IMG/VR virus record: IMGVR_UViG_3300044709_000179
Span: 32,001 to 96,000 of that record
Source of the DNA: a virus
Lineage: Duplodnaviria; Caudoviricetes
Length of the DNA stretch: 64,000 nt
Direction: 5' to 3' (one strand)
Shown: positions 52,903 to 62,297 of the stretch, one piece after another
Position numbering within the stretch: position 1 is the first letter of the stretch
Layout: each line of letters begins with the position of its first letter
Program-made: the position numbers and the translations under genes
Notes under the pieces: model-generated
Database searches by the model: none
What the model was told of the DNA's origin: nothing
The model's input: the letters and a program-made list of their open reading frames with translations, nothing else

Positions 52903-53247
52903 TCAGGCTGCCTGCTGGTTGCGGCGTGCCGCGCGGTGGCGAAGGATGGTGCGCCGAGACACCCCGAGCCGCTCCGCGCGCTGCCAGTCCTTCAGGTCGT
53001 AGCGGTCCAGCTGGGCAACCGCCGCGGTGCGCTCAACGGGTCGAAGTGCCATCGGGTGTCCGGCCACGGCCAGATCTACGGCGAGCTCATCGACGCCGCG
53101 GGCAGCCGTAGTACCGCAGGCGCGGCGGTTCGCCGCCCACTCGCGGGCGTAGGCGCGCTTCGTTTCCACCGCGTCGGGGCAGCGGCAGCCGTCCACTGTG
53201 TACGCGGTCAGGGTGCCGTGACGGGTCGCGTTGCACTGGGTGGTCAT
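52903..53247 (-). CDS. HGT..Y..GCRC motif + HTH protein
   Basis: HGTLTAYTVDGCRC; AERLGVSRRTILR. Confidence 0.7.
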   Translation of the reverse strand: MTTQCNATRHGTLTAYTVDGCRCPDAVETKRAYAREWAANRRACGTTAARGVDELAVDLAVAGHPMALRPVERTAAVAQLDRYDLKDWQRAERLGVSRRTILRHRAARRNQQAA

Positions 53248-53720
53248 GACGGCGCTCCAGCCACATGCCGTTCCAGGGCCCGCGTCGCCGCGACCACGGA
53301 TGCCAGCACCTCGCCGCGCAGCCGATCCGCCTCGCCGTCGGGCAGTGTCCGCCAGCCGCGCAGGTCGTACATGAGCTTGGTGAACGTCCCAGACAGGCGC
53401 TGGGTGTCCCAGATGGCCACGCCGTCGACCAGCAGCGTGTAGTGGTGCGGCCATGCGTCGCGGAGGGCCTCGCGCCACGTCGCCTGGATCATGGGCCATT
53501 CGGTGACGTGGTTGGCGGGCTTCCATGTACCGGAGTCGTCCGTGCCGAAGTAGGCGCAGCCGTCGTTCCAGACGGACGGGTGGTTGAGCCGGCCGTACGA
53601 CTCGCCGCCGTAGGTCCACAGGGGCAGGTCGGCGGTCGGACCCAACGCCTCGTCGAGGCGTTGGCCGAGGATGGACGGCAGGTCCATGTCAAAATCGTCG
53701 GCCCAGAAGCACTCGGTCAT
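53244..53720 (-). CDS. Hypothetical protein
   Basis: ATGA-coupled. Confidence 0.6.
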   Translation of the reverse strand: MTECFWADDFDMDLPSILGQRLDEALGPTADLPLWTYGGESYGRLNHPSVWNDGCAYFGTDDSGTWKPANHVTEWPMIQATWREALRDAWPHHYTLLVDGVAIWDTQRLSGTFTKLMYDLRGWRTLPDGEADRLRGEVLASVVAATRALERHVAGAPS

Positions 53721-54283
53721 GACGATCCCACCAAGGCACCACACCGGACCCAGTCCACCGACAGCCCGGCGTCCATTGCCGCTACGTTCTCGTCCCAGTT
53801 GTCGCCGTCGAACGCGTCGAGCACGACCTGCACGCGGTTGCCACCATCGGCCAGCATCGACTCCACGTCGCCGTAGAACCACACCTGTACGCGGTTCTCT
53901 TCGCACCAGCGTTCGGCCACCACGTCCGCGGCTGTGAACTGGCAGCGGGTGGTGACCTCCATGCGCGGGTGGTGTGAGTGCAGCACATCGAGGCGGTGTC
54001 GGATCGTCGTGACCATGTCGGGCAACTCGGGAATGTCGACCCCGCCAAGGACGAGCACGCGGAACGGCGCGTCAAGGACGGAGCCGATCTGGTCGTACAG
54101 CGAGCGCAGCTCGGCCTCGGTGAACGACACGGAGTGGCTGGTGGTGCCGGGCCGGAAGCCGCGCGGCGGTCCGATGCGCACCTTGTACGGCTTGGGCTCG
54201 CCGTCGTGGAACGCGGCGTCCGGCTCAAGGTGGAGGCAGTCGCGGTCGGGGAGAGTCCACGGGAGCGGGTGCTGGTAGGTCAC
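53717..54283 (-). CDS. Hypothetical protein
   Basis: GTGA-coupled. Confidence 0.6.
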   Translation of the reverse strand: MTYQHPLPWTLPDRDCLHLEPDAAFHDGEPKPYKVRIGPPRGFRPGTTSHSVSFTEAELRSLYDQIGSVLDAPFRVLVLGGVDIPELPDMVTTIRHRLDVLHSHHPRMEVTTRCQFTAADVVAERWCEENRVQVWFYGDVESMLADGGNRVQVVLDAFDGDNWDENVAAMDAGLSVDWVRCGALVGSS

Positions 54284-54618
54284 GACGCCACCTCGACGCC
54301 CTGCTCACGCACCGAGTTGTCGGTGAACGCCGTGTACCCCATCGTGCCGTCGTCGAGCGCAAGACGGCCGATGTTGTTCCAGGCGAAGACGAACCGGCCC
54401 GTCTGAACCGGCCAGCCCAACGGGTGCATGCTGGCCGGGGTGGTCCACCGCTGGTCGAGGGCGGGCGCACCGTTGCTCCTCGCGGAGGCTCGCCAGCCGG
54501 CCGCACCGCCGTGGTGGATGTAGAACTTCTCGATCTGCTCGCGCGCTTTGGCCGGGACCCAGTCGGGCCATGCCCATTCGGTCTCGGCCTGCACGTTGGT
54601 GTCGAGTTGGTCGCTCAT
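54280..54618 (-). CDS. Hypothetical protein
   Basis: AAGGAG RBS; WPDWVP...GRFVFAWNNIGR. Confidence 0.65.
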   Translation of the reverse strand: MSDQLDTNVQAETEWAWPDWVPAKAREQIEKFYIHHGGAAGWRASARSNGAPALDQRWTTPASMHPLGWPVQTGRFVFAWNNIGRLALDDGTMGYTAFTDNSVREQGVEVAS

Positions 54619-54685
54619 GATGTACTCCTTCCGTTGAGACGCGTCGGTCCCGGGTGGGGGTCTAGCCGGCGCGCCTCGGCTTGTC

Positions 54686-54892
54686 TCAGGCCTTCTCACG
54701 CCCCGGCTCGTGCATGCCCCGCGCCAGCGCGATCACGTCGGCGCGCATCGTGTCCAGCGGCGTCGCGTCGTCGACCGACGACATGTAGCGGGTGACCGCT
54801 TCGAGGCGGTTACGGCACACCTGAGCCTCGTGGCGGGCTGCGTCAGGGGGGGGGTTGGTGCGGGTGAGCTCGAACGGGAGTGGGGCGGTCAT
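54686..54892 (-). CDS. Hypothetical protein
   Basis: ATGA overlap with clamp gene. Confidence 0.5.
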   Translation of the reverse strand: MTAPLPFELTRTNPPPDAARHEAQVCRNRLEAVTRYMSSVDDATPLDTMRADVIALARGMHEPGREKA

Positions 54893-56046
54893 GAGCCGGG
54901 CCGCATCGACGCGATGAGCTGTCGGTGGGTGGGCTTCGGGGACTCCTCGTCGTTATCCAGGACGGCTGCCGAGTCGAGAACGAATGGCGCCCCGCGGGTT
55001 GCGGCGAACGTCAGAACCACCTCGGTACCGGCCTCGGCGGTAAGCGCCGCCAGTAGGTAGCGCACGCTCATGGCGACCTTGGTTGGCGGTCCGTCATAGG
55101 CGCAAGCGATCTCCTCGGCCGTGGAGGCGTCCTGCCCCGAGCCGCACACCTGCACGACGCCCTCCGCGAACGTGAGCGTCACCGACGGGAAGTCTTTGGC
55201 TGCGGTCATCAGGCGCACCCGGTCCAGCACCGGCTTGAGGTCGGCCACCGCGACCCGCGCAGGCGTCCGTGACCGCTCCGGGAAGATGCCTCGCAGGTTG
55301 GGGTGGAACGGCTCACCGATCTGGCGGACCACCACGCTACGGGTCGCGGTTGACAGCCCCAGCAGCGTGTCAGTGCACCCGATGGTGACGGATCCGTCGT
55401 GCGCGAGGTCTGCGGCGACCGCCAGGAACTCGCCACCGTGCGGCAGTGCAGAGACGGCGTCCGTCGCGTGGGGCTGCCATGGAATGTCGATGTAGGCGGC
55501 GCGGTACCGGTCCGACGCCTCGACGGTCAGCAGGTCACCGAACTTCAGGTTGATGCCCGCCAGTGATGGCACGCCCTTTTCTCCGGTCACGTCGCACGAG
55601 ACGCCGACCAGCTTGACCGCCCGGGCCAATGCCGAGGCGTCCACCTCGCCTACGGTCGGCGGCAGTGCCGGGATGGTCACGAAGTCCTCAGCGATCATCA
55701 ACGGCAGCGTCACCTTGGCCCGCCCGCACGTGATCGCCAACGAGTTGCCCTCGACGGTGGCTTGGACCGGCTTGTCGGGCAGCGTGCCCATCAGGTCGGC
55801 CAGCAGGCGCCCGGAGACGAGCACCTTGCCGTCGGAGCCCTCGACGTCCACCGTGGCCGTGGCGCTGGCGTTCTCGTTGTAGCCGGCCACCGTCAACACG
55901 CTGTCCGCGACGGTCAGCAGGATGCCGCCGTGGGCCGGGATGGTCGGGCGTGATGAGACGCGCTTGGCGGCCCAGGTAACGGCGCTGGCGAATGCGGTGC
56001 GGTCGGCAGTGAAGACGAGGCCAGTGCTGGTCAGGGTGGCGGTCAC
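54889..56046 (-). CDS. dnaN: DNA polymerase III beta sliding clamp (divergent)
   Basis: RPTIPAHGGILL, GKVLVSGRLL, ASDRYR, C-terminal SMR; three-domain length. Confidence 0.88.
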   Translation of the reverse strand: MTATLTSTGLVFTADRTAFASAVTWAAKRVSSRPTIPAHGGILLTVADSVLTVAGYNENASATATVDVEGSDGKVLVSGRLLADLMGTLPDKPVQATVEGNSLAITCGRAKVTLPLMIAEDFVTIPALPPTVGEVDASALARAVKLVGVSCDVTGEKGVPSLAGINLKFGDLLTVEASDRYRAAYIDIPWQPHATDAVSALPHGGEFLAVAADLAHDGSVTIGCTDTLLGLSTATRSVVVRQIGEPFHPNLRGIFPERSRTPARVAVADLKPVLDRVRLMTAAKDFPSVTLTFAEGVVQVCGSGQDASTAEEIACAYDGPPTKVAMSVRYLLAALTAEAGTEVVLTFAATRGAPFVLDSAAVLDNDEESPKPTHRQLIASMRPGS

Positions 56047-56279
56047 GCCGCACTCCGCAGCGCTGCACCGTCGACCTCTTCCGGGCCGACCAGTACGAGG
56101 CGTCGAACCGCGGTGCCGTTCCTGTTGACGTATCGCTCGTAGGTGATGGCGAACTCGGCGGTGACGACTTCGGCGAGGCGACGGCCAACGGTCTGGTCGG
56201 ACTGTCCGGTGGACAGGTCGCCGAGGAACATCACGGCACGGTGGGTGGCGACGGGATCGGCGCCGGGATTCTCGAACAT
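56043..56279 (-). CDS. Hypothetical protein
   Basis: AAAGGA RBS. Confidence 0.6.
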   Translation of the reverse strand: MFENPGADPVATHRAVMFLGDLSTGQSDQTVGRRLAEVVTAEFAITYERYVNRNGTAVRRLVLVGPEEVDGAALRSAA

Positions 56280-56298
56280 GACGGTTCCTTTCGGGGGG

Positions 56299-56862
56299 TT
56301 ACGGGCGGCGACGGCGGCCGAGGATGAGCAGGGCGGCGCCGAAGTCGATCGCGGCTGCCCCGCCGACAACGAGGGCAACAAGACCCCACGGCGTCGATCC
56401 GGTCACCGGCAGTTCGGCGACGGCCGTCGTGGACGGGCTCGGCGTGGCCGCGGTGGAGGCGCTGCCGAAGGCCGTGGCGGTTGCGGTCGCAGACGGGGTG
56501 GCGCTGGGTGAGGTGGAAGGGCTGGCGCTCGGCGTCACGGAAGGCGACGCGCTGGCCGAGGTTGACGGGCTGGCGCTTGCTGACGGGCTGCACTTCTTCT
56601 GACACGCGCCGACCGGCCATGCGGTGCGGGTGCCCTTCGGCACTTCGGGCGAGTACTGCCAGTGCCAGTGGCCGCACGTCTCGCCGTCGCGCCGCTCGCA
56701 CCGGTACGTCTGGCCCTTGTGCAGACCCTCCGCGCCGATCGTTTCGCAGGCGGCGCCAGGAACGACCCGGCTGGGAGTCGTGGCGAAAGCGATGCCGGCG
56801 GGCGCGAGCGTCAGGGCGGCGAACGCGGTGGTGGTGAGAAGGAACTTGGTCTTGGGCTTCAT
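56299..56862 (-). CDS. Sortase-anchored (LPXTG) surface protein
   Basis: Signal peptide, Cys-rich domain, S/P/T linker, LPVTG + TM + RRRR. Confidence 0.82.
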   Translation of the reverse strand: MKPKTKFLLTTTAFAALTLAPAGIAFATTPSRVVPGAACETIGAEGLHKGQTYRCERRDGETCGHWHWQYSPEVPKGTRTAWPVGACQKKCSPSASASPSTSASASPSVTPSASPSTSPSATPSATATATAFGSASTAATPSPSTTAVAELPVTGSTPWGLVALVVGGAAAIDFGAALLILGRRRRP

Positions 56863-56970
56863 TGCAGGACCCCCGCTTGCGTGATCAGTTTGTGCAGGTA
56901 GAAGCGGCTGTCAGATTTAGCATGACACACGCCGCGAGAATTTGATAGCCGCTATGGGACACTCATCCAC

Positions 56971-57195
56971 ATGGGCCCCCACAACGAGACGGTCATCGGA
57001 GTCCGCGCTACGACGGCGCGGCGCGACCTGGCGCACGAGGCACTCCACGAGCACGGATGGAAGCTCCAGGAGTTCGTGACGGCGTGCCTGGAGGCGGTCA
57101 TAGCCGACCCGGCTAAGTTCCTGCGGCATGTCGCCCGGCACCGACCTGAACGCAAGGCCGCCGGACGCCCACGCAAGCGCCAACCCGACGCCTAG
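56971..57195 (+). CDS. Small DNA-binding protein (RHH-like, AT-hook-like GRPRK)
   Basis: Lone + strand gene divergent from the LPXTG gene. Confidence 0.55.
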   Translation: MGPHNETVIGVRATTARRDLAHEALHEHGWKLQEFVTACLEAVIADPAKFLRHVARHRPERKAAGRPRKRQPDA

Positions 57196-57200
57196 CCCCT

Positions 57201-57512
57201 TCACGTCACGTCCCCCAGCACCGCCCGCACCTCAGCGAACGCCGCCTCCTCGGGCGACGGCTTCGGCTTGGTCTTGCGCCTGCGGTGAATCTTCGTCACG
57301 GCACCCGTGTTTGCGCTCCACTCCGACCCGTCCACCTCGTTGCGTGGCACGACGAACGCGTCCACGGCGTCGGCGTCATACCGGCGATGCAGTCCGGACG
57401 GTAGGCGGATGAAGGGCAGCTTGCCCGCGTCTGCGTAGCGGGTGACCGTGGTTGGATCCACTTGCAGGACCGCTGCCACCTCACCGCGCGTATACCAGCG
57501 GGGGACCTTCAC
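57201..57512 (-). CDS. BldC/Xis-like MerR-type HTH protein
   Basis: EVAAVLQVDPTTVTRYADAGKLPFIRLPSGLHRRY. Confidence 0.8.
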   Translation of the reverse strand: MKVPRWYTRGEVAAVLQVDPTTVTRYADAGKLPFIRLPSGLHRRYDADAVDAFVVPRNEVDGSEWSANTGAVTKIHRRRKTKPKPSPEEAAFAEVRAVLGDVT

Positions 57513-58069
57513 GCCGCCACCTCAATCGCGGCGTCCAGCGCCGCTGGCCACTCGACCCCACTCAGCGCCGTCCGATGCGTCTGCGGCATGACGACCATCG
57601 GCACCCCGAGGTGATCAGCGGCGAGCGAGGCAAGAATCAACGCGTCCGCCGAGTCGTTGCCACCTTGGAACCAGTCGAAGCGGCGGGACACCTCGCGCAT
57701 GATGTCGTCCTTATTGGCATTGCCCTTGCCCGTTGCGTAGCGCTTGACGTTCGACGGCGGCACGATTGCCACCCGATCGTTTCGGCGCCAAAGCGCGTGG
57801 GTAATCAGCCACCACATGCCGGCAAGCTGGTGATAGGCGGAGCCCTTCGCCCCGAACGCGGGACCCTCCACGGCGATGAGATCGGCACCCGCCGATCGGT
57901 CGAGGATTTCGGTGCGCAGGAAGGCGAGCCGCTCGTGGCCGCGAAGTTTCGCGGCCGGGCGGATCACGTCGGCCCAGCCCGCGTTGGATGCGATCCCTGT
58001 TGACGTCAGCGAGAGGTCGAGGCCGTAGACGCGTGGGGTGCTCACACCGACCTCCGTACGTGTGGTCAC
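57509..58069 (-). CDS. RuvC-like Holliday junction resolvase
   Basis: GLDLSLTSTG, AVEG, KRYATGKGNANK, NDSADA. Confidence 0.88.
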   Translation of the reverse strand: MTTRTEVGVSTPRVYGLDLSLTSTGIASNAGWADVIRPAAKLRGHERLAFLRTEILDRSAGADLIAVEGPAFGAKGSAYHQLAGMWWLITHALWRRNDRVAIVPPSNVKRYATGKGNANKDDIMREVSRRFDWFQGGNDSADALILASLAADHLGVPMVVMPQTHRTALSGVEWPAALDAAIEVAA

Positions 58070-58980
58070 GGCGCCACCTGCGCGATTGGCCACCCCGGCG
58101 TCATCGAGTCGAGCTTGGCGCCAAGGTCTTCCATGTCGAGTGCCGCAGCCGCGGCCCGCTCCTCGTCGCCCCGCTCCAACGCGGCGTCATAGGCATGCGT
58201 GGCCTCCATGAGGCCCTGCTGCCAGAATTCGGCGAGTCCTTCCGCCTGGTCCTCGGCCCATGTCGCTTGGTGCTCGTGCAACTCCATCGGCGACATGGCG
58301 GCCACCTTGGCGAACCACTGCGCGTCCTCGTCGCGGACCTTCTTCCACGTGGCCGACAGGCATGTCTGCTTGCGCATCAACTCGTGGCGGGGTAGGGCGC
58401 ACCAGGACGCCATCTTCCACGCGACCCGCGCCGTGGTGAGCGCGTCATAGGCGGCACCGTGCGCCTGCTCGTCGTCCCACTCGACCCCGTAGATCGCGGC
58501 GAGCGTCTTGAGCGAGCGGGCGCCCTGATCCTCGGACACCCGCTTGCGGAAGCGGATCAGTCTGCGGTCGATGACGATAGGGTCGATCACCGGTGCAATC
58601 GATCCGTCGAGACGATCGGTCAGTGACCGGATACCCAGCCGTGCTGCCTCGCACTGGAACACGGTGGCGTCATATCTGGCATTTTGGATCAAGAGCACCG
58701 CGCCGTTGCGCATCGCCGCCGCGATTTCGCCGAGGAACAGGTCCAGCACGTCGGCGGCCGGCTTGCCCTCGGCCTGGATCTTCTCGTCCGTGATGTGGTG
58801 CACCTTGATCGAGTCCGGCGGTATCGGCATGCCGGGGTCCACGTAGGACTGTCGCAGGTCGAGCGGCTGGCCGGGAGTGACGTAGGCGGCGGCGATGTCT
58901 ATGACGCGGGCCTCTTCGGCATACTTCGAGGTCGACTCGCAGTCGACACTGACGATGGGGGTGGTTGGTAGCCACAGCAT
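58066..58980 (-). CDS. DEDDh 3'-5' exonuclease (DnaQ-like)
   Basis: VDCEST, NARYD, AHGAAYDA. Confidence 0.88.
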   Translation of the reverse strand: MLWLPTTPIVSVDCESTSKYAEEARVIDIAAAYVTPGQPLDLRQSYVDPGMPIPPDSIKVHHITDEKIQAEGKPAADVLDLFLGEIAAAMRNGAVLLIQNARYDATVFQCEAARLGIRSLTDRLDGSIAPVIDPIVIDRRLIRFRKRVSEDQGARSLKTLAAIYGVEWDDEQAHGAAYDALTTARVAWKMASWCALPRHELMRKQTCLSATWKKVRDEDAQWFAKVAAMSPMELHEHQATWAEDQAEGLAEFWQQGLMEATHAYDAALERGDEERAAAAALDMEDLGAKLDSMTPGWPIAQVAP

Positions 58981-59240
58981 CAGGACCCACCGCTCTCTCC
59001 GTGCGTCTTCACGTGATCGAGCCCAAAGCGGATGAACCCGTCGAGGTCGTTGAAGGCGAAGTACGGCAAGCCGTTCACGTCCCGCTCGCTAACGCCCCCG
59101 ATGTAGGCGATCGGCCAGTAGGCGGCAGCCTGACCCGGCGCGTTGATCGCGCATTCACCGCAGTGAAGTTCGACCCCTGTCCCCTCGTCCGCGACGAGTT
59201 GTAGGTAGTCGGGGATGCGGAAGGTACTCATAGCGTCCAC
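58980..59240 (-). CDS. Hypothetical protein
   Basis: CxxC...H...H; coupled. Confidence 0.55.
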   Translation of the reverse strand: MDAMSTFRIPDYLQLVADEGTGVELHCGECAINAPGQAAAYWPIAYIGGVSERDVNGLPYFAFNDLDGFIRFGLDHVKTHGESGGS

Positions 59241-59689
59241 TCCGGAGCGTCGCCCTGAAGCAAGTCCTCAGGAATCCCGTCGACCATCGCCCGGTAGAGC
59301 GGTGTCTTGCGCAGCCAAGCCACCGGGTCGGCGCTGCGGGCGTCTAGTTCGGCATCGAATGCGTCATGCGCCCAGTCGCTCATCAAGTCGAGGTGGCTGA
59401 AGCGAGGGCCAGATTCAACGACTTGGCCGTCCACCTCCCCGAACGCCATACGCATTGACGGTTCGCTCATGGCGCACGTCTCACCGACTCCATACATGAA
59501 CTCGAACCACCCGGCGCGGCGCTCCATCCAGCGGGCGGCGCTGCGGCGCCAGGGCGTGCCCATGTCTGCGACGCGCACGATGGGGCGGACCTTTGGCTTC
59601 CAGTGGGTTCCCTGGTTCAGGTAGGCGTAGATAAGGTATGCCTGCGCCTTGAGGTCGGCGGCGGTCACCGGTTTGCGGGCGTCGTTCAC
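59228..59689 (-). CDS. Hypothetical phage protein
   Basis: DPVAWLRKTPLYRA motif. Confidence 0.7.
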   Translation of the reverse strand: MNDARKPVTAADLKAQAYLIYAYLNQGTHWKPKVRPIVRVADMGTPWRRSAARWMERRAGWFEFMYGVGETCAMSEPSMRMAFGEVDGQVVESGPRFSHLDLMSDWAHDAFDAELDARSADPVAWLRKTPLYRAMVDGIPEDLLQGDAPEWTL

Positions 59690-60561
59690 GACTGCTTACC
59701 ACCCTGTTGCGCCTTGCGCACCTCCAGCGCCTCGGCGGCAACGTCCGCCTGCTCGGCAGTTAGGTCGGCCAGCGACGCCAGCACCTCGACCCCGACGATC
59801 TTCGCGGTAATAGTCAGACGGTTCTGTTCGTTCTCCTCGCCCACGAAGCCGAGGTCGTCCCACAGCCCGAGCACCCGCTCGACCTGCTCCGGCGATGCCA
59901 GTGTCACCTCGTGGGCAGGCTGGTCGCCGGTCGCGCCGAGGATCTCGGCCGCCGTCACCCGACGGGCCGGGGTGCGTCCCTCGAACGCGGGCGACTCGTG
60001 GTCGCGGATCTCCTCCGCGCTGTACGGCATGCCCATGATGGCGTCCATCGCGATCCAGCGGCACGCTTCGGAGGTGGCGCGGGCGATGAGCATTGCGCCG
60101 GGCTGCTGCTTCCACTGCGACTTGCCGGTCAGGCTCATCTGCTCAGCGCGGGCCAGATCCCAGGTGGAGGTCTGCCATTCGGTCTCGCCCTTGCGGCGAC
60201 CGGTCACGACCGCGCGGTCCGGGGTGGACTCGACGATGCGGACCTCGTGTCCGTGCGCCTGCGCGATTGCTCGCAGCGTGGCGGCCTTCGGCGCCGGGGT
60301 GCCCTGGATATTGTCAAACGCCCGCAGGGACGCCATCGGCGACAGCCCGACCTCCGCGCCGGCCAGCATTGCGGCGGCGGCCTCCTGCGCTTTGCCCCGA
60401 TAGGCGGCAGGCGCGAACTGGGTGGCGCACAGCGCGTCGGCGAGCTGGAACGCGGCCTGCGCGGCCTGCGCCCACTCGACGAGTTGCATGGCCGCGGACT
60501 CGTTCTTCGATGGCAGTGCGATGGCGTTGCTGTGGTTGGCGGTCGGGATGGCGACGGTCAT
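59686..60561 (-). CDS. RecT-like single-strand annealing protein
   Basis: GAEVGLSPM...IQGTP...WKQQPGAMLIARA; adjacent to RecE. Confidence 0.8.
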   Translation of the reverse strand: MTVAIPTANHSNAIALPSKNESAAMQLVEWAQAAQAAFQLADALCATQFAPAAYRGKAQEAAAAMLAGAEVGLSPMASLRAFDNIQGTPAPKAATLRAIAQAHGHEVRIVESTPDRAVVTGRRKGETEWQTSTWDLARAEQMSLTGKSQWKQQPGAMLIARATSEACRWIAMDAIMGMPYSAEEIRDHESPAFEGRTPARRVTAAEILGATGDQPAHEVTLASPEQVERVLGLWDDLGFVGEENEQNRLTITAKIVGVEVLASLADLTAEQADVAAEALEVRKAQQGGKQS

Positions 60562-61463
60562 GACACTTCCTTGCTGTAGGCGGGGTCGAAGTAGTCGAAG
60601 TTCTTGGACAGCCATGCGGGCGGGGAGACGGTGGCCACGTCGTCGGCGTAGCCGGGCCAGGCGTTGGCCTCGGAGCATTCGGCGAAGATGCGGCGGGCGC
60701 GGCGGGCCAGGGTCTCGCCCATCTGGACCGCCTCGTCGTCGAACTCGAAGACGGTTACCAGGTACGGCGGCGTTTTCTCCTGGACGATGAACACGAACGA
60801 CGGGTCGGTGTCGATGCCGAGTGAGCGGACGCCATCGCAGTAGAACCAGTGCTGAATTTGGTAGCCGTAGCTGAACATGAGCCGCTGCATCTGGCTCGGG
60901 TCGGCCGTGGTGGACGTCTTATAGTCGGGAATGATGAACCGCCGCCCCCGCACCGCCGTGGGCAGCCAGTCCAGCCGGGAGCGGCACCAGATGCCAGCCT
61001 GCTCGTCACGCCAGAAAAGCGACTGTTCCGGCTTGCCGGAGTCGGGCTTCAGTAGCGCGTACGCGAACGGGTGCTGTCGCAGTGCCGCGGCCATGGCCTG
61101 AACCTGTCGGTACGTGGCCACCAGCAGCGGCACCTTGCCGGCCTCGTGCGCTTCGTCGCGCGCCTCGCGGGCCGCCTTGGTCCGCCAGTCATCGGCGTCG
61201 ACCGGCACGATCTCGGGTCCGACGCCGAGCACCAGTTTGTGGGCGGCGTGGCCGACGTCGAACTGCGATTTGGGCGTGGATGGGTGGTCCATCTCCCAGC
61301 GGTACTTGGCGGGGCACGACGGCGGGAGTAGGAGCTTCGCGCCAGACGTGGAGAGGGATCCGCCCTCGACGGGGTCGCCGAAGTAGTCCGCCTCGTCCAT
61401 GTCGTAGACGCCGGGGCGCTCGATGCGCAGGGATGTCGTGCGGGGCGGTAGGACTGCGGTCAT
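60558..61463 (-). CDS. RecE / exonuclease VIII-like PD-(D/E)XK nuclease
   Basis: LSTSGAKLL, GHAAH, EQSLFW, SRLDW, DYKT, VQEKTPPY. Confidence 0.9.
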   Translation of the reverse strand: MTAVLPPRTTSLRIERPGVYDMDEADYFGDPVEGGSLSTSGAKLLLPPSCPAKYRWEMDHPSTPKSQFDVGHAAHKLVLGVGPEIVPVDADDWRTKAAREARDEAHEAGKVPLLVATYRQVQAMAAALRQHPFAYALLKPDSGKPEQSLFWRDEQAGIWCRSRLDWLPTAVRGRRFIIPDYKTSTTADPSQMQRLMFSYGYQIQHWFYCDGVRSLGIDTDPSFVFIVQEKTPPYLVTVFEFDDEAVQMGETLARRARRIFAECSEANAWPGYADDVATVSPPAWLSKNFDYFDPAYSKEVS

Positions 61464-61846
61464 CGCCTGACCCCCGTCCGCCGAGTCCCCCGGTAGCGCC
61501 ACTTGGCCAGCACGTCGTCGCGACGTTCGACCGCGCGCGACGCCAGCAGTGCCGGCACGTTCTCGAACACGCCGGGCACCGGCAGCAGGGCCGTGTCGTC
61601 GCCGGAGACGTCACGCAGCGGGTCGAGTGCCTCCGACGCCCGCTGCGCATCGGCGACCACCTCGTCCGCCCGGCGGAACTCGTTGGCGTAGGCACCCCAG
61701 ATCACGAAGAAGGCGACGGCGACCGGAAGCGCGGCAGCGCCCTTCACCCACGCGGGGCCGCCCAGCACGTCGATGAACCACGCGACGCCAATGCCGACTC
61801 CCACCGTGAACGCGAGACGTACCGCGAACCAGATCAGGTTGCTCAC
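61460..61846 (-). CDS. Two-TM membrane protein
   Basis: GTGA-coupled; hydrophobic N-half. Confidence 0.6.
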   Translation of the reverse strand: MSNLIWFAVRLAFTVGVGIGVAWFIDVLGGPAWVKGAAALPVAVAFFVIWGAYANEFRRADEVVADAQRASEALDPLRDVSGDDTALLPVPGVFENVPALLASRAVERRDDVLAKWRYRGTRRTGVRR

Positions 61847-62007
61847 GGCGCCTCCTCGCGGCACATCAGTCGCGCCATGCCATACGCGGCCAGACCGGTC
61901 AGCGGCGCCACAACCAGCGCGGCCGGCGTGAGGTCGATGTTGACGCCCAGCGCCAGCGCGACGGTGACGAACAGGCCGACGGCGGGAGGGAGGGTGCGGC
62001 GGGTCAT
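61843..62007 (-). CDS. Small membrane protein
   Basis: ATGA-coupled; hydrophobic. Confidence 0.55.
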   Translation of the reverse strand: MTRRTLPPAVGLFVTVALALGVNIDLTPAALVVAPLTGLAAYGMARLMCREEAP

Positions 62008-62297
62008 TGAGCACCGTCCAGTTGCCGCGCACCTTCGATGATGGCCGAACCGACCCACGCGAACGTCTCGCGCTGGTCGAGGAAGCCGCAGCGCTGTGCG
62101 CCCAGCAGTCGGTACGCCTCGCGGATCACGTACAGGCCGATCTCGTCGACCTGCTGCTGCGCGTTCTCCAAGTCGGTCCGCGCCGTCAACTGGGCGAAGC
62201 GGAGACGGCGGGAGGCCCGAAGCATGACGTCGCCGAGGACCTTCTGCTCCCGCTTCGAGAGACCGGCGATGCGCTGGGCGGGGATTGCGGTAGTCAT
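62004..62297 (-). CDS. Hypothetical protein
   Basis: ATGA-coupled. Confidence 0.6.
   Translation of the reverse strand: MTTAIPAQRIAGLSKREQKVLGDVMLRASRRLRFAQLTARTDLENAQQQVDEIGLYVIREAYRLLGAQRCGFLDQRETFAWVGSAIIEGARQLDGAQ

Noticed and set aside
56420-56590. Low-complexity tandem repeats
   Set aside because: Encode the Ser/Pro/Thr stalk of the LPXTG protein; no separate DNA role evident
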